Virus record (IMG/VR): IMGVR_UViG_3300006143_000002 | DNA length: 64,000 nt | Source: a virus | Lineage: Duplodnaviria; Heunggongvirae; Uroviricota; Caudoviricetes | Reading direction: 5' to 3' (one strand) | Shown: positions 9,055 to 18,228 of the stretch, piece by piece | How the letters are laid out: each line of letters begins with the position of its first letter | How positions within the stretch are numbered: the stretch's first letter is position 1 | The notes under the pieces: generated by a model | The model's database searches: none | Told to the model about the DNA's origin: nothing | Seen by the model: the letters and a program-made list of their open reading frames with translations, nothing else | Program-made: the position numbers and the translations under genes

Positions 9055-10059
9055 TTAAACTTCTGCTAATTTTTTTGAATTAGCAATTAAATCATGCAAA
9101 TAATCCTTTATAATTACTAAATAGGCATTAGTTTCTTTGCCAACTATGATTTTGGCAATTTTCTTAAAGTCAAACTTCCTCCCATCTTTATTATGTATTA
9201 TTTCAAAGAATTTCTTTCTTTCTGTTTCAGACAACCTATCTACTGCTTCTTGATACAATTCTTCAAAACTATCTAAATGTGCTAATAAATATGATGCAAT
9301 ACTCAATAAATCTCTTAATGTAACATCCTTTATTGATTTTATTGTATTCAGCATATCCATCTCTTCTTCTAATACATCTAATATATAATTTTCTTGTTCA
9401 TTTCTGTTTCTATCTTCTATGTAAACAAATTTTTCTTGTTCTTTAATTTCTTTATCTACTTCATTCAAATTATATATTACTTCTGGAAGTCTACTTATAG
9501 TATCTTTTCCTTTACCTTTGTATGTACCAACATCTGTATCTGCCTTTAATTTAAAATTAACATACTTACTATGTTTTTCATGATAATAATAAAAATTACT
9601 TGTATGCCATTTTGCAAGATGACATATAAATCTTTCATAATCATCTTTTCCAACATCACAGATTTGTTTAGACTTTAAAAGAATATGTTCCCAACAAGCA
9701 CTATAAATATCTTCCCTAAAATAGACTGGTTCTAGTTGTCCTGTCCATGTTGAATTTACAACTTTTTTTATTATAGTGTCTACTTTATCTAAATCTACCC
9801 AATTTGGTAATTTACCTAAATCAGGGTCATTGTATCTTATTTTTAATTCCAATGGTGAACAATCTGCAACTTGTTTCTTTTGCACCTCCCTCACCATATC
9901 AAATGGAATTTTAGTATTACCATTATGTATAAATTCTTCTAATTTGGTACAACTTTCTAAAGATTTCCCTTTAATTCTTTCTACATCCTTTTCTGGAACT
10001 ACAAAAGTTTCAGATATTATTCTTGCCTTTTCAGCAACAGGTAATTGATTACTTGCCAT
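9055..10059 (-). CDS. Hypothetical protein, possibly a divergent sigma-like regulator
   Basis: AGGAGG RBS before MASNQ; REDIYSACWEHIL...FICHLAKWHTSNFY weakly resembles ECF sigma region 2. Confidence 0.45.
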   Translation of the reverse strand: MASNQLPVAEKARIISETFVVPEKDVERIKGKSLESCTKLEEFIHNGNTKIPFDMVREVQKKQVADCSPLELKIRYNDPDLGKLPNWVDLDKVDTIIKKVVNSTWTGQLEPVYFREDIYSACWEHILLKSKQICDVGKDDYERFICHLAKWHTSNFYYYHEKHSKYVNFKLKADTDVGTYKGKGKDTISRLPEVIYNLNEVDKEIKEQEKFVYIEDRNRNEQENYILDVLEEEMDMLNTIKSIKDVTLRDLLSIASYLLAHLDSFEELYQEAVDRLSETERKKFFEIIHNKDGRKFDFKKIAKIIVGKETNAYLVIIKDYLHDLIANSKKLAEV

Positions 10060-10110
10060 AAGAATAACCCTCCTATACATATTAAATTTTTAAATTTAAA
10101 AACTGGTATT

Positions 10111-10139
10111 AGTTTATATATAATTTCAAAATATGTCAA
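10111..10139 (-). promoter_or_regulatory. Class I promoter variant
   Basis: TTGACA-TATTTTGAAATTATATA(17)-TAAACT. Confidence 0.65.
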
Positions 10140-10218
10140 TAGGATTTTATAAAAAAATTATTACAGTTTTATGACAAAAATATTACAAAAATATTACAAA
10201 AAATTCATGTAATTAAGA

Positions 10219-10259
10219 TGCAATAAAAGGTAGAGTTTAATTCTCTACCTTTTATTGCA
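10219..10259. terminator. Strong (possibly bidirectional) terminator
   Basis: Perfect 17-bp inverted repeat TGCAATAAAAGGTAGAG / CTCTACCTTTTATTGCA, 7-nt loop. Confidence 0.85.
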
Positions 10260-10331
10260 GTTTTTAAATTTAATATGTATAGGCAATTATTCGAAATATA
10301 AGAATGAACTCTATTTCAATCACCTTGTTTC

Positions 10332-10360
10332 ATTTTAACATATATTTTACACAATGTCAA
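10332..10360 (-). promoter_or_regulatory. sigmaA-type promoter driving a ~110-nt transcript
   Basis: TTGACA-17 nt (ending TGT)-TAAAAT, pointing at the 10219-10259 terminator. Confidence 0.55.
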
Positions 10361-10389
10361 TAAATTATGTAAAATATTTTCAAATTATA

Positions 10390-11178
10390 TTAAATTTCAA
10401 TACTTTTGCCTTGATGTTGATTTTCCTTTTTACCAATTAACCAATATAAATCTCCTTTTTGTAAAAATGGTACACATTTCCCTTCATAGGTACTATCTAC
10501 ATCAATTCCATTAACTTTAGTATATTCAGAGTAGTCATTATACTTTTGTTTTGCAGTAACCAACTCACAATGTTTTTGCCATATATTCTCACCAATATAC
10601 TTATCTAATATTTTAGGTACACCTGTAAATCCTACCTGAACACCTAATATTGGTTTATTTATTTTGTATTTCATAAATCCTCTTATTAAACCTGCAAGAT
10701 TAATACCAGAACCAACAACAATAACAACTCTATTTATATCATCAATATATGGTAGAATAGATGATACTTCAGCAGCAGTTGTTTCAACTGCAATATTATC
10801 ATCCATTCCGAAAGGTAAGTAAAAAGCATTATTATTTACTGCATATTCTTTTGCCCTTTTTATTAGTACATTTGTATATCCATAAGAATGTTGAATTATC
10901 TCAGCACCCTTTTCAACTGCTCTTCTCATATCTAATTGTAATTCAGATGTAGTTGTATGTCCTACTGCTTTTAAACCTAATTCTTTACAAACACTTGCCA
11001 TTATATTTATTTGGGGAGAAGATTTAGCACCCAAAGTAGTAATAGTTGTATATCCATTTTCTTTTGCTTTTTCACATAATACTTTAGCTGCTCTTACTTT
11101 TGCACCATACATACCACCGAATTCAAATAGGTCATCTCTTTTAAATAATAAATTACCTGCCTTTTGTATTTCTGTCAT
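10390..11178 (-). CDS. PLP-dependent enzyme, ACC deaminase/D-cysteine desulfhydrase family
   Basis: FKRDDLFEFGGMYGAKVR (PLP lysine motif), VVGSGINLAG phosphate loop, DSTYEGK. Confidence 0.8.
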   Translation of the reverse strand: MTEIQKAGNLLFKRDDLFEFGGMYGAKVRAAKVLCEKAKENGYTTITTLGAKSSPQINIMASVCKELGLKAVGHTTTSELQLDMRRAVEKGAEIIQHSYGYTNVLIKRAKEYAVNNNAFYLPFGMDDNIAVETTAAEVSSILPYIDDINRVVIVVGSGINLAGLIRGFMKYKINKPILGVQVGFTGVPKILDKYIGENIWQKHCELVTAKQKYNDYSEYTKVNGIDVDSTYEGKCVPFLQKGDLYWLIGKKENQHQGKSIEI

Positions 11179-11180
11179 TA

Positions 11181-12383
11181 TTATTCCCCTTTCATATATA
11201 GCTCTCTTTCTAATTTTTCTTTAGCTACCTTAAATTTTAGCACATCTAAATCAAATTGTAAATCTAATTTCTCCCAAGGAGCAAACTCACCAGCCCAACT
11301 TGAATTATCCCCAGTGTAACCCTGTCTTGACCAATCATGTCTTAATGGTCTTCTTAAATTAAATCTATCTATAATTCCCTTTACAGATAATGATATATTA
11401 TTTTTAATATAATCTTCTATATCTTCTTCTGTAACATCTGTTCTTTGTTGTCCTTTTAAGTCTACATTTATTGATACAGGTTCTGCTACACCTATAACAT
11501 ATCCTAATTGAACCTCACACTCATCAGATAAACCTGCAGCAACTATATTCTTTGCTAACCATCTTGTAGCATAAGCTCCTGAAGCATCTACTTTTGTTGC
11601 ATCTTTTCCATGTGTATTTCCACCACCAATAGCTGCATAACCACCATAACTATCACAAATAAGTTTTCTACCAACTTCTCCACTATCACCTTCTGGTCCA
11701 CCAATAACAAATTTACCTGTACCATTAATGTGCCAAATTAAATTTTCAGACACTTTTACTTTCGCAGCAACAAATACCCTATTAACTATATCTTTAATTG
11801 TTTCTTGTAAATCCTCGTAATTAGCTGTATCTGTATGTTGACAAGCAACAACTACTGTATGTACCTCTGGTTCATCTTTATCATAATCTATTGTAACTTG
11901 TGCCTTCATATCTCCTTTTAGAAATGGATAATGTCCTTTTGCTTCATATAATCTACTAATTATTCTTTTTGATAAGTATAAGGCTAATGGTAAATACTCA
12001 TCGGATTCTATATTTGCATAACCTATCATTATCCCTTGGTCACCTGCACCAATTTCTTCATCGTCTTTTTCTATTCCTTGTGCTATATCAGGAGATTGTT
12101 TATACACTAAATTCATTATTCTTGGTTCAAATTCATAACCTAAAATTCTATATGCTTCCTTTACAGATTCTTCTATATCTACTTCTATTATTGAAGATAT
12201 TTCTCCTGTTAGGATAACCCATTCATTTTTATTTGTACCATCTATTGCAACATGAGCCTTTGGGTCTAATTCTACATATTTATCTAAAATATAATCTGCA
12301 ACAAAATCCATAGCCCTGTCTGGGTGCTGTGGACTTACATCCTCAGATGTCCATAATCCTCTTTTTGGTTTATACATTATCAC
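11181..12383 (-). CDS. metK: S-adenosylmethionine synthetase (divergent)
   Basis: TSEDVSPQHPDR, QSPDIAQG, GAGDQG, DMKAQVT, GKFVIGGPEGDSGEVGRK, GGGNTHGKDATKVD. Confidence 0.9.
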   Translation of the reverse strand: MIMYKPKRGLWTSEDVSPQHPDRAMDFVADYILDKYVELDPKAHVAIDGTNKNEWVILTGEISSIIEVDIEESVKEAYRILGYEFEPRIMNLVYKQSPDIAQGIEKDDEEIGAGDQGIMIGYANIESDEYLPLALYLSKRIISRLYEAKGHYPFLKGDMKAQVTIDYDKDEPEVHTVVVACQHTDTANYEDLQETIKDIVNRVFVAAKVKVSENLIWHINGTGKFVIGGPEGDSGEVGRKLICDSYGGYAAIGGGNTHGKDATKVDASGAYATRWLAKNIVAAGLSDECEVQLGYVIGVAEPVSINVDLKGQQRTDVTEEDIEDYIKNNISLSVKGIIDRFNLRRPLRHDWSRQGYTGDNSSWAGEFAPWEKLDLQFDLDVLKFKVAKEKLERELYMKGE

Positions 12384-12666
12384 TCACCATCCCCCAATTA
12401 TTATCTTCCATAATATGATTTGAAATACATATACCAGAAACTAACTCTGGTTCTTTATCTAAATCTATTACTGTATTATGCCTGTGTGGTGGAATATTTA
12501 ATACTTCTGTTACATCTCTTATTTCTTCTGTCCATATATCACTTTCTGTTATATATAAAGTATCATCTAATTCTTCGTCTGCTATTATATCTACTGTAAC
12601 ATCAATGTCCCCACCATATCTTTCATACATATAATCAATCTTTTTCTTAAATTCCCCTAAGTTCAT
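12370..12666 (-). CDS. Small acidic hypothetical protein
   Basis: 98-aa D/E-rich ORF with GGGAGG RBS. Confidence 0.6.
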   Translation of the reverse strand: MNLGEFKKKIDYMYERYGGDIDVTVDIIADEELDDTLYITESDIWTEEIRDVTEVLNIPPHRHNTVIDLDKEPELVSGICISNHIMEDNNWGMVSDNV

Positions 12667-12667
12667 A

Positions 12668-12946
12668 TTAATCCTCCCTTAAATCATACTCTTTTATATT
12701 CTCCAATGCTTCTTGAAAATTATATCCTATTGGTTCAAAATAATCGTACTCTTCTTCATTCTCATCTAACCAGTTACTACAAAAGAACCAACCACCCTCA
12801 TAACCAGACATTTCACAACCTCTTCGTATAGGTTCCCACCATACCTCTATATTCTTATGTCCATAATCTTCTAATTGTTTTCTTATATAACCTGCTCTTG
12901 CTGTCTTATTTACATTCCTATCTGTATATCTTCCCATACAAACCAT
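12668..12946 (-). CDS. Small acidic protein, paralog of 13006..13242
   Basis: Shares LED.GH.N..VW.E...GGW.F.SN...YF...G.......NI..Y with neighbour. Confidence 0.65.
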   Translation of the reverse strand: MVCMGRYTDRNVNKTARAGYIRKQLEDYGHKNIEVWWEPIRRGCEMSGYEGGWFFCSNWLDENEEEYDYFEPIGYNFQEALENIKEYDLRED

Positions 12947-12966
12947 CTCTTTCTATGAATATTTAA

Positions 12967-12993
12967 AAGGAATTGTATATAACACAATTCCTT
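12967..12993 (-). terminator. Intrinsic terminator
   Basis: AAGGAATTGT / ACAATTCCTT stem followed by T-run on minus strand. Confidence 0.7.
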
Positions 12994-13005
12994 GAAATTT
13001 GACAT

Positions 13006-13242
13006 TTATTTGATAATTCTATAATTTTCAATATTTAAAGAAATATCATTTATATCATTTCCTAATACATCAAAATAATTGTGTTCAACACCATCTATAA
13101 TAGTATTAGAAGTAAAAACCCATCCTCCACTGTATTTATTTTCTCCATCAGAATCTTCAAACCAAACATTTACATTTTGATGCCCAATATCTTCAAGAGA
13201 CTTCTTAATTACTTCTGCAACTGTATTATTTTGTATTGACAT
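13006..13242 (-). CDS. Small acidic protein, paralog of 12668..12946
   Basis: See paralog; first gene after a class I promoter. Confidence 0.65.
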   Translation of the reverse strand: MSIQNNTVAEVIKKSLEDIGHQNVNVWFEDSDGENKYSGGWVFTSNTIIDGVEHNYFDVLGNDINDISLNIENYRIIK

Positions 13243-13287
13243 AGCTACACCACCTTTCAAATTTAAAATTTATAATTAGCATATCAC

Positions 13288-13316
13288 ATACTACTATAAG
13301 TTTTAAAATATGTCAA
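13288..13316 (-). promoter_or_regulatory. Class I promoter
   Basis: TTGACA-TATTTTAAAACTTATAG(17)-TAGTAT. Confidence 0.8.
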
Positions 13317-13341
13317 GTGTTTAATAAAAATTTATATAATC

Positions 13342-14331
13342 TTATACAAGATAATAGAATATATTTTCAATTACTTCTCTATCTGTTATTTTACCCTGTT
13401 TAACCAAACTATCATACCTAGATATATTTAGAATTAACCATTGTAAATCATCTTCTGTCCATGGGATATTACATATAGTTTTATAATCTATTGTACTAAA
13501 TGCAATGGTATCTCTTAATTCTTTTATTCTACCCCAAAATAAGTTCTCAACATCATAAGCTCTTTTAGCACCTTCCCATTTCCCATACTTAACAAAACAA
13601 TAAGCAATCTTTAAATCTTGTACCATTTCTTCTAAATGATACCACACATCTTTAAAGTCTGTATCATATAATGCTTTTAAACTTTTATATAATCCTTTAA
13701 AATCTTTTATTAAGAAATGATTCATAAAATCTTGGCAACTAAATTTTTCCTTCTCTATATTTAGTAATCCGTGCATATATAAATCATCAAAAGCAACATC
13801 ATTTGACACATTTTCATACTGTGCATAACTTTTTATCTTATCAATCTCCATCAATGCCATTCCATAATTTCTTTTACAATTTATACATAGCATATTAACA
13901 TGGTCTGGTCTTAAACTTATTTCATGTAATATCAGTTCTTTAAATATATCATCTTCTACTTCCTCAAAATCTGTTATATATTCATCAAAATGAGTTATAA
14001 ATGTTTTTGGAATTTCAGCAGAATATATCCATATTGCACCATTATCACTACTTTTTACTTTTCTTATAATCTCATCAAATTCTTTTCCTGTTGCTTTTAA
14101 AAATTCTAGGTCATGTGGTACTACATATAAAGTCTTCTTCTTAAACAAACCCTTTGTAATCATATTATTTGCTAAATCTATTGTATTATCTAAATACTTT
14201 ATAACTTTATAATCCTCTGCTATTTTATCTATATAATGTTTCTTTATAGCCCACTCTGTTCCATTAAACACAAATAAATTACCAGCAGACTTATTCAATA
14301 TATCTTCTTTTAAGTTCTTAATATTTTTCAT
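13342..14331 (-). CDS. Clamp-loader delta (HolA)-like subunit
   Basis: NLFVFNGTEWAIKKHYIDKI N-terminus, NYGMALMEIDKIKSY helix (cf. L..EL.KL..Y of HolA); adjacent to dnaX and holB. Confidence 0.55.
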   Translation of the reverse strand: MKNIKNLKEDILNKSAGNLFVFNGTEWAIKKHYIDKIAEDYKVIKYLDNTIDLANNMITKGLFKKKTLYVVPHDLEFLKATGKEFDEIIRKVKSSDNGAIWIYSAEIPKTFITHFDEYITDFEEVEDDIFKELILHEISLRPDHVNMLCINCKRNYGMALMEIDKIKSYAQYENVSNDVAFDDLYMHGLLNIEKEKFSCQDFMNHFLIKDFKGLYKSLKALYDTDFKDVWYHLEEMVQDLKIAYCFVKYGKWEGAKRAYDVENLFWGRIKELRDTIAFSTIDYKTICNIPWTEDDLQWLILNISRYDSLVKQGKITDREVIENIFYYLV

Positions 14332-14333
14332 AT

Positions 14334-15155
14334 CTACCCCTTAAATAATAAACTTTCAAATGCACTTTGTAATAGTAATCTTCTGTTAAAATTTACACCT
14401 TGGCTAAGCATGTGTTTAACTTGGAATAGTACATTAAATTCTTCTGCAAATGATAAATAATTTTTCTTTAACATTTGAGATTCTAATAAATTACATAGTA
14501 TTTCAACAAATACTAATGCTTTATCTATTTTTCCTTTTTCATAGCTTCTATCAAATTTTGATGCAATCTTATTTATATCCGTTTGATTTAGATGAAGTAT
14601 ATCTGTTACTGTATATTCTGCAAATGATAGTATATCGTCAATATCTTCTAAACTTCCATACTTCAATAATGTAGATGGTGTTCTAAAATTGTATTTTAAA
14701 AGTCTTTCAACAATGTTCTTATCTAAACTAGATTTATCTATAAAATCATGTAGTTCCTTATCTGAATATGGTTGCATTTTTAATATTCTTGCCCTACTCT
14801 CTAATGTATCTATTTGTTTTAAACCTGATATTGCTATATAATTACCTTGTAATGGTTCCTCTGTTATCTTTAACAAAGCATTTTTAGCACCTAAACTTGC
14901 TAGATGGAAATCTTTAAAATGATATACTATATTCCCATTAGGTTTTGTAGTTGATACTAATTTCCTAATAGTATCAACTTTATTATCCAACAGCATATAG
15001 CCTAAACCATACTTTTTACATAGATATTTTATAAAATATGTTTTACCCATATCATTATTCCCTTGTACTATAAGGAAACTAGGCATTGTAGTCCAATTTT
15101 TAATTAAATCTAAATTCTTTGTTTGTCCTACTAAGTACATACTTTTATAATCCAC
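14334..15155 (-). CDS. holB: Clamp-loader delta-prime (HolB)-like AAA+ subunit
   Basis: GNNDMGKT Walker A, NALLKITEEP, TLESRARIL. Confidence 0.7.
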   Translation of the reverse strand: MDYKSMYLVGQTKNLDLIKNWTTMPSFLIVQGNNDMGKTYFIKYLCKKYGLGYMLLDNKVDTIRKLVSTTKPNGNIVYHFKDFHLASLGAKNALLKITEEPLQGNYIAISGLKQIDTLESRARILKMQPYSDKELHDFIDKSSLDKNIVERLLKYNFRTPSTLLKYGSLEDIDDILSFAEYTVTDILHLNQTDINKIASKFDRSYEKGKIDKALVFVEILCNLLESQMLKKNYLSFAEEFNVLFQVKHMLSQGVNFNRRLLLQSAFESLLFKG

Positions 15156-16142
15156 CCCTCTATCATAACTTTCATTTCATCTGAAAATAGATTTCCATTT
15201 TTATTATTATAACTTTGTAATATATCTCCTAAAATAACTCTATCAAATCTACCACTATTTAATATTTGTATTGCATTCTCTGATAATGTTGTTATATTCC
15301 CATTTAATACAATAAGATATATTATACAATCTTGTATAAACTCTTTAAATAATTTATTGAATAAAGCCATATCAATACCACTCATATAAATATCATTTAA
15401 AGCTAATATCGATTCTTTTGCTTTTTTATCATAAATCAAACTCATAAAATTCATAAGCATATCTTCTGTAACACCACCAGCAGTAGCAGTAATAACATTT
15501 TCAATATTTATATTTGTATCATAGTCATAACATTTTTCCAATGTTGTAACACTATCACGAACTCCACCTTTTGCTAATCTAGCAATATATGTTAAAGCCT
15601 CTTCTGTATATGTTGTTATTCCTTCATTACTTAATATTCTTTTCATATTAGATACTAAATCTGGTACACTTACTTTCTTAAATGCTAGTTTTTGTACCCT
15701 ACTATGAATAGTTCCTATTACCTTTTGTGGGTCAGTAGTACAAAATATAAAGATAACCCACTCTGGAGGTTCCTCTAATATCTTTAGCAGTGCATTATTA
15801 GCACCTGTAGATAACATGTGACATTCATCCATTATAAATATCTTATATTTACAATCAAAAGGTTTATGTTTACTTTCTTCTATAATATCCCTTACATCCT
15901 CAACACCATTTTTACTAGCACAGTCCAATTCAATAGGTCTTCCTTTACCTTCATTAATTAAATTTGCAACTATTCTTGCTGATGTTGTTTTACCTGTACC
16001 TGCACCACCACAAAATAAATATGCGTGTTTTATATTATTTGTTTGTATTTGATTTTCTAATATCTTTCTAATATGTGGCTGTCCGAATTAATGCATCCCA
16101 CGACTTGGGTCTATATTGTACAGCCCAGCTTTCTTTACTCAT
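15131..16142 (-). CDS. dnaX: Clamp-loader DnaX (gamma/tau) subunit, interrupted by a +1 frameshift near 16085
   Basis: Frame 1 MSKESWAVQYRPKSWDALI; +1 frame GQPHIRKIL...YLFCGGAGTGKTT...ELDCASKNGVEDVR...IMDECHMLSTGANNALLKILEEPP...TIHSRVQ; ORF track only shows 15131..15928. Confidence 0.85.
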
Positions 16143-16175
16143 ATAAAAATGCCTCCTAAACTTATTATATCAGTA

Positions 16176-16188
16176 ATTATAACATCTT
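16176..16188 (-). promoter_or_regulatory. Class II promoter upstream of the clamp-loader operon
   Basis: AAGATGTTATAAT. Confidence 0.7.
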
Positions 16189-16538
16189 TATTCTTGATTA
16201 TCTAGTATTTCCTTTATATAAGAAAATGTACCCTCATCTAAAATATAGTACCTATCTTTCTCATCACCAAAATCAAAACATAGTGCTCTATAATCTTTAT
16301 TTGAAGCATACATCTCTTCTCTCAATGTATCTAACCAATCTTTTTTAATAGAGAATGATTTCTTGGGTTGCATGCAAGTTTTTGCCTCTACAACCCATCT
16401 TTCATCCTGTAGGTCTCCTTTATCATAGGGAGTTGCACCAGAATTACTTGTTCTTTTCATTCTCAGTTGTTTTGCTATTGCTTTTTCTTGTTTTGTGCTC
16501 ACTTGTCTTGTTGGTACTTTCTTTTTCATTTTCAACAT
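16188..16538 (-). CDS. PD-(D/E)xK nuclease, Holliday junction resolvase-like
   Basis: QEKAIAK...SGA...KGDL...VVEAKT. Confidence 0.65.
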   Translation of the reverse strand: MLKMKKKVPTRQVSTKQEKAIAKQLRMKRTSNSGATPYDKGDLQDERWVVEAKTCMQPKKSFSIKKDWLDTLREEMYASNKDYRALCFDFGDEKDRYYILDEGTFSYIKEILDNQE

Positions 16539-16845
16539 TCTCCTTCTTTGACCATTTAAGAGGTACATTTGAAATATCTTTAAAATACTCTCTAAATTGT
16601 TCTTCATTCATTGCATCTGTATTATCTTCATCTACTATCTCAAATTCAATACATCTTGTTTCTCCTACATAAGCAGTACCAAATTTTTTAATAATAGGTA
16701 ATGATTCAATATCTCTCTTCAAAACAGATACTATAATTCCATCTAAATTTAGCAGTTGTCTAAAATCTCCTATTGGTAAGCTAATTTTTCTTGTATCAAT
16801 GTGTTCACCATTTTTACTTCTAAATATACTATATGTAATATACAT
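16444..16845 (-). CDS. Hypothetical protein
   Basis: 133-aa ORF, coupled to upstream gene. Confidence 0.55.
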   Translation of the reverse strand: MYITYSIFRSKNGEHIDTRKISLPIGDFRQLLNLDGIIVSVLKRDIESLPIIKKFGTAYVGETRCIEFEIVDEDNTDAMNEEQFREYFKDISNVPLKWSKKENVENEKESTNKTSEHKTRKSNSKTTENEKNK

Positions 16846-17129
16846 TACTTTTTCCTCCTTCCCATAGCCTTCTTTTGAGATTTTGATATATTTCTCTTAC
16901 CTGTTAATTGTATATATTTTTTCTTTAAAATATGTAATGCTAATTTACAGTCTTCTAAATCAAACTTTGAAACATGTGTGTCTTTTCTATCTTTACCCAT
17001 TTGCAAGGCTAACCAATTATACCAAGAATTTCTTGCTTGTGATTTATTAGAAGATATAAGCCATAATGTATCTAAATAACAATGTACCTCATGCTTATAT
17101 CTCCCTAACTCTTGTTCTTTTGTTTCCAC
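16845..17129 (-). CDS. DUF3268-like small protein
   Basis: HCYLDTLW...RNSWYNWLALQMG...HVSKFDLEDC pattern. Confidence 0.55.
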   Translation of the reverse strand: METKEQELGRYKHEVHCYLDTLWLISSNKSQARNSWYNWLALQMGKDRKDTHVSKFDLEDCKLALHILKKKYIQLTGKRNISKSQKKAMGRRKK

Positions 17130-18214
17130 TAATCTGTGTCCTTTGAATCGTTTAGATATAAATTTGCTTTATCTAATTCTGCTTTAGATATTAAATCTTC
17201 TATCTCTTTATCTTGTAATTGGTTATCTATAAGGTCAATCCAATCTTTATGTTCTGCAAGTTGTTCTTTCAATTTTACTCTTCCTTGTATTTTATTTGGG
17301 TTAAGTACCTCACCTGTTTCTGGGTCAATAACATCAAAGAATGAACCCTTTTGATTTAGTACACCAACTTGCAAACCTATTTCAACATAATCTGCAATAG
17401 TATCGATTCCATGTACATAATTCAAAGTATAATATCCTAATCTTCTATCACTTACACATACCTTACTTTTCTTTAATGTAACATTTACAAGATTACCTGC
17501 TGGATTTTCTGCACTATTTGTTAATTCTTTTCCATCTATGTCTATAAATTTACCTTTTCTAAATTCAAGCCATGTTGATAATGCAAATTTCAAGGCTCTA
17601 CCTCCAGGAGTTATAAATCCACCATAAGGAGAATTTAAGTCATCTCTAACTTGGTTTATAAATAATACTGTTGTATTTGTACGTCTAATTAATCCCTGTA
17701 CTTTATTACAAAATCTTGCTATTGCTTGAGCATTTCCACCATACTTATTTTGTCCTACACTATCACCCATTATTTGTCCTGATACCATCGTTGGAATACT
17801 ATCCAATACTACTAAACTACATTCCTCTGTTTTAATTGCTTCTACCAAAGTATCTAATACCATCTCTGTTTCACATACATCTGGTTTAAATATTATGAAT
17901 TTATTTATATCTACACCATTTTTTAATCCCCATACTGGGTCTAATGTTTGTTCTAAATCTGCATAAAATACTTTTTTATCTGGGTATTTTTCCATAGCAT
18001 TTTTACATACATCTAATGCTGTAAGGGTTTTACCACTACCCTCTGTTCCTGCAAACATGTGAAATCTTCCTTCAACTAAACCACCATAAGTCATGTAATT
18101 TAGTCTAGGTGCAGTAAAAGGTATTTTATCATAAACTAACTCTGCTTGTCCTTCTGTAATTACCTCTCCATATTTCTTGTTTACATTCTTCATCAAGTCA
18201 TCTAATCTACTCAT
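17129..18214 (-). CDS. recA: RecA/UvsX recombinase
   Basis: GTEGSGKT Walker A, YADLEQTLDP, VVLDSIPTM, LFINQVR, PGGRALKF. Confidence 0.92.
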   Translation of the reverse strand: MSRLDDLMKNVNKKYGEVITEGQAELVYDKIPFTAPRLNYMTYGGLVEGRFHMFAGTEGSGKTLTALDVCKNAMEKYPDKKVFYADLEQTLDPVWGLKNGVDINKFIIFKPDVCETEMVLDTLVEAIKTEECSLVVLDSIPTMVSGQIMGDSVGQNKYGGNAQAIARFCNKVQGLIRRTNTTVLFINQVRDDLNSPYGGFITPGGRALKFALSTWLEFRKGKFIDIDGKELTNSAENPAGNLVNVTLKKSKVCVSDRRLGYYTLNYVHGIDTIADYVEIGLQVGVLNQKGSFFDVIDPETGEVLNPNKIQGRVKLKEQLAEHKDWIDLIDNQLQDKEIEDLISKAELDKANLYLNDSKDTD

Positions 18215-18228
18215 GAAATTCCTCCTTA

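Noticed and set aside
10165-10203. Short tandem repeat (AAAAATATTAC x2-3)
   Set aside because: Low-complexity AT-rich sequence between promoter and terminator; too short and degenerate to call iterons
11181-12383. MetK homolog repurposed as a SAM lyase
   Set aside because: Most MetK catalytic and substrate-binding residues are retained; known phage SAM lyases are small proteins of a different family
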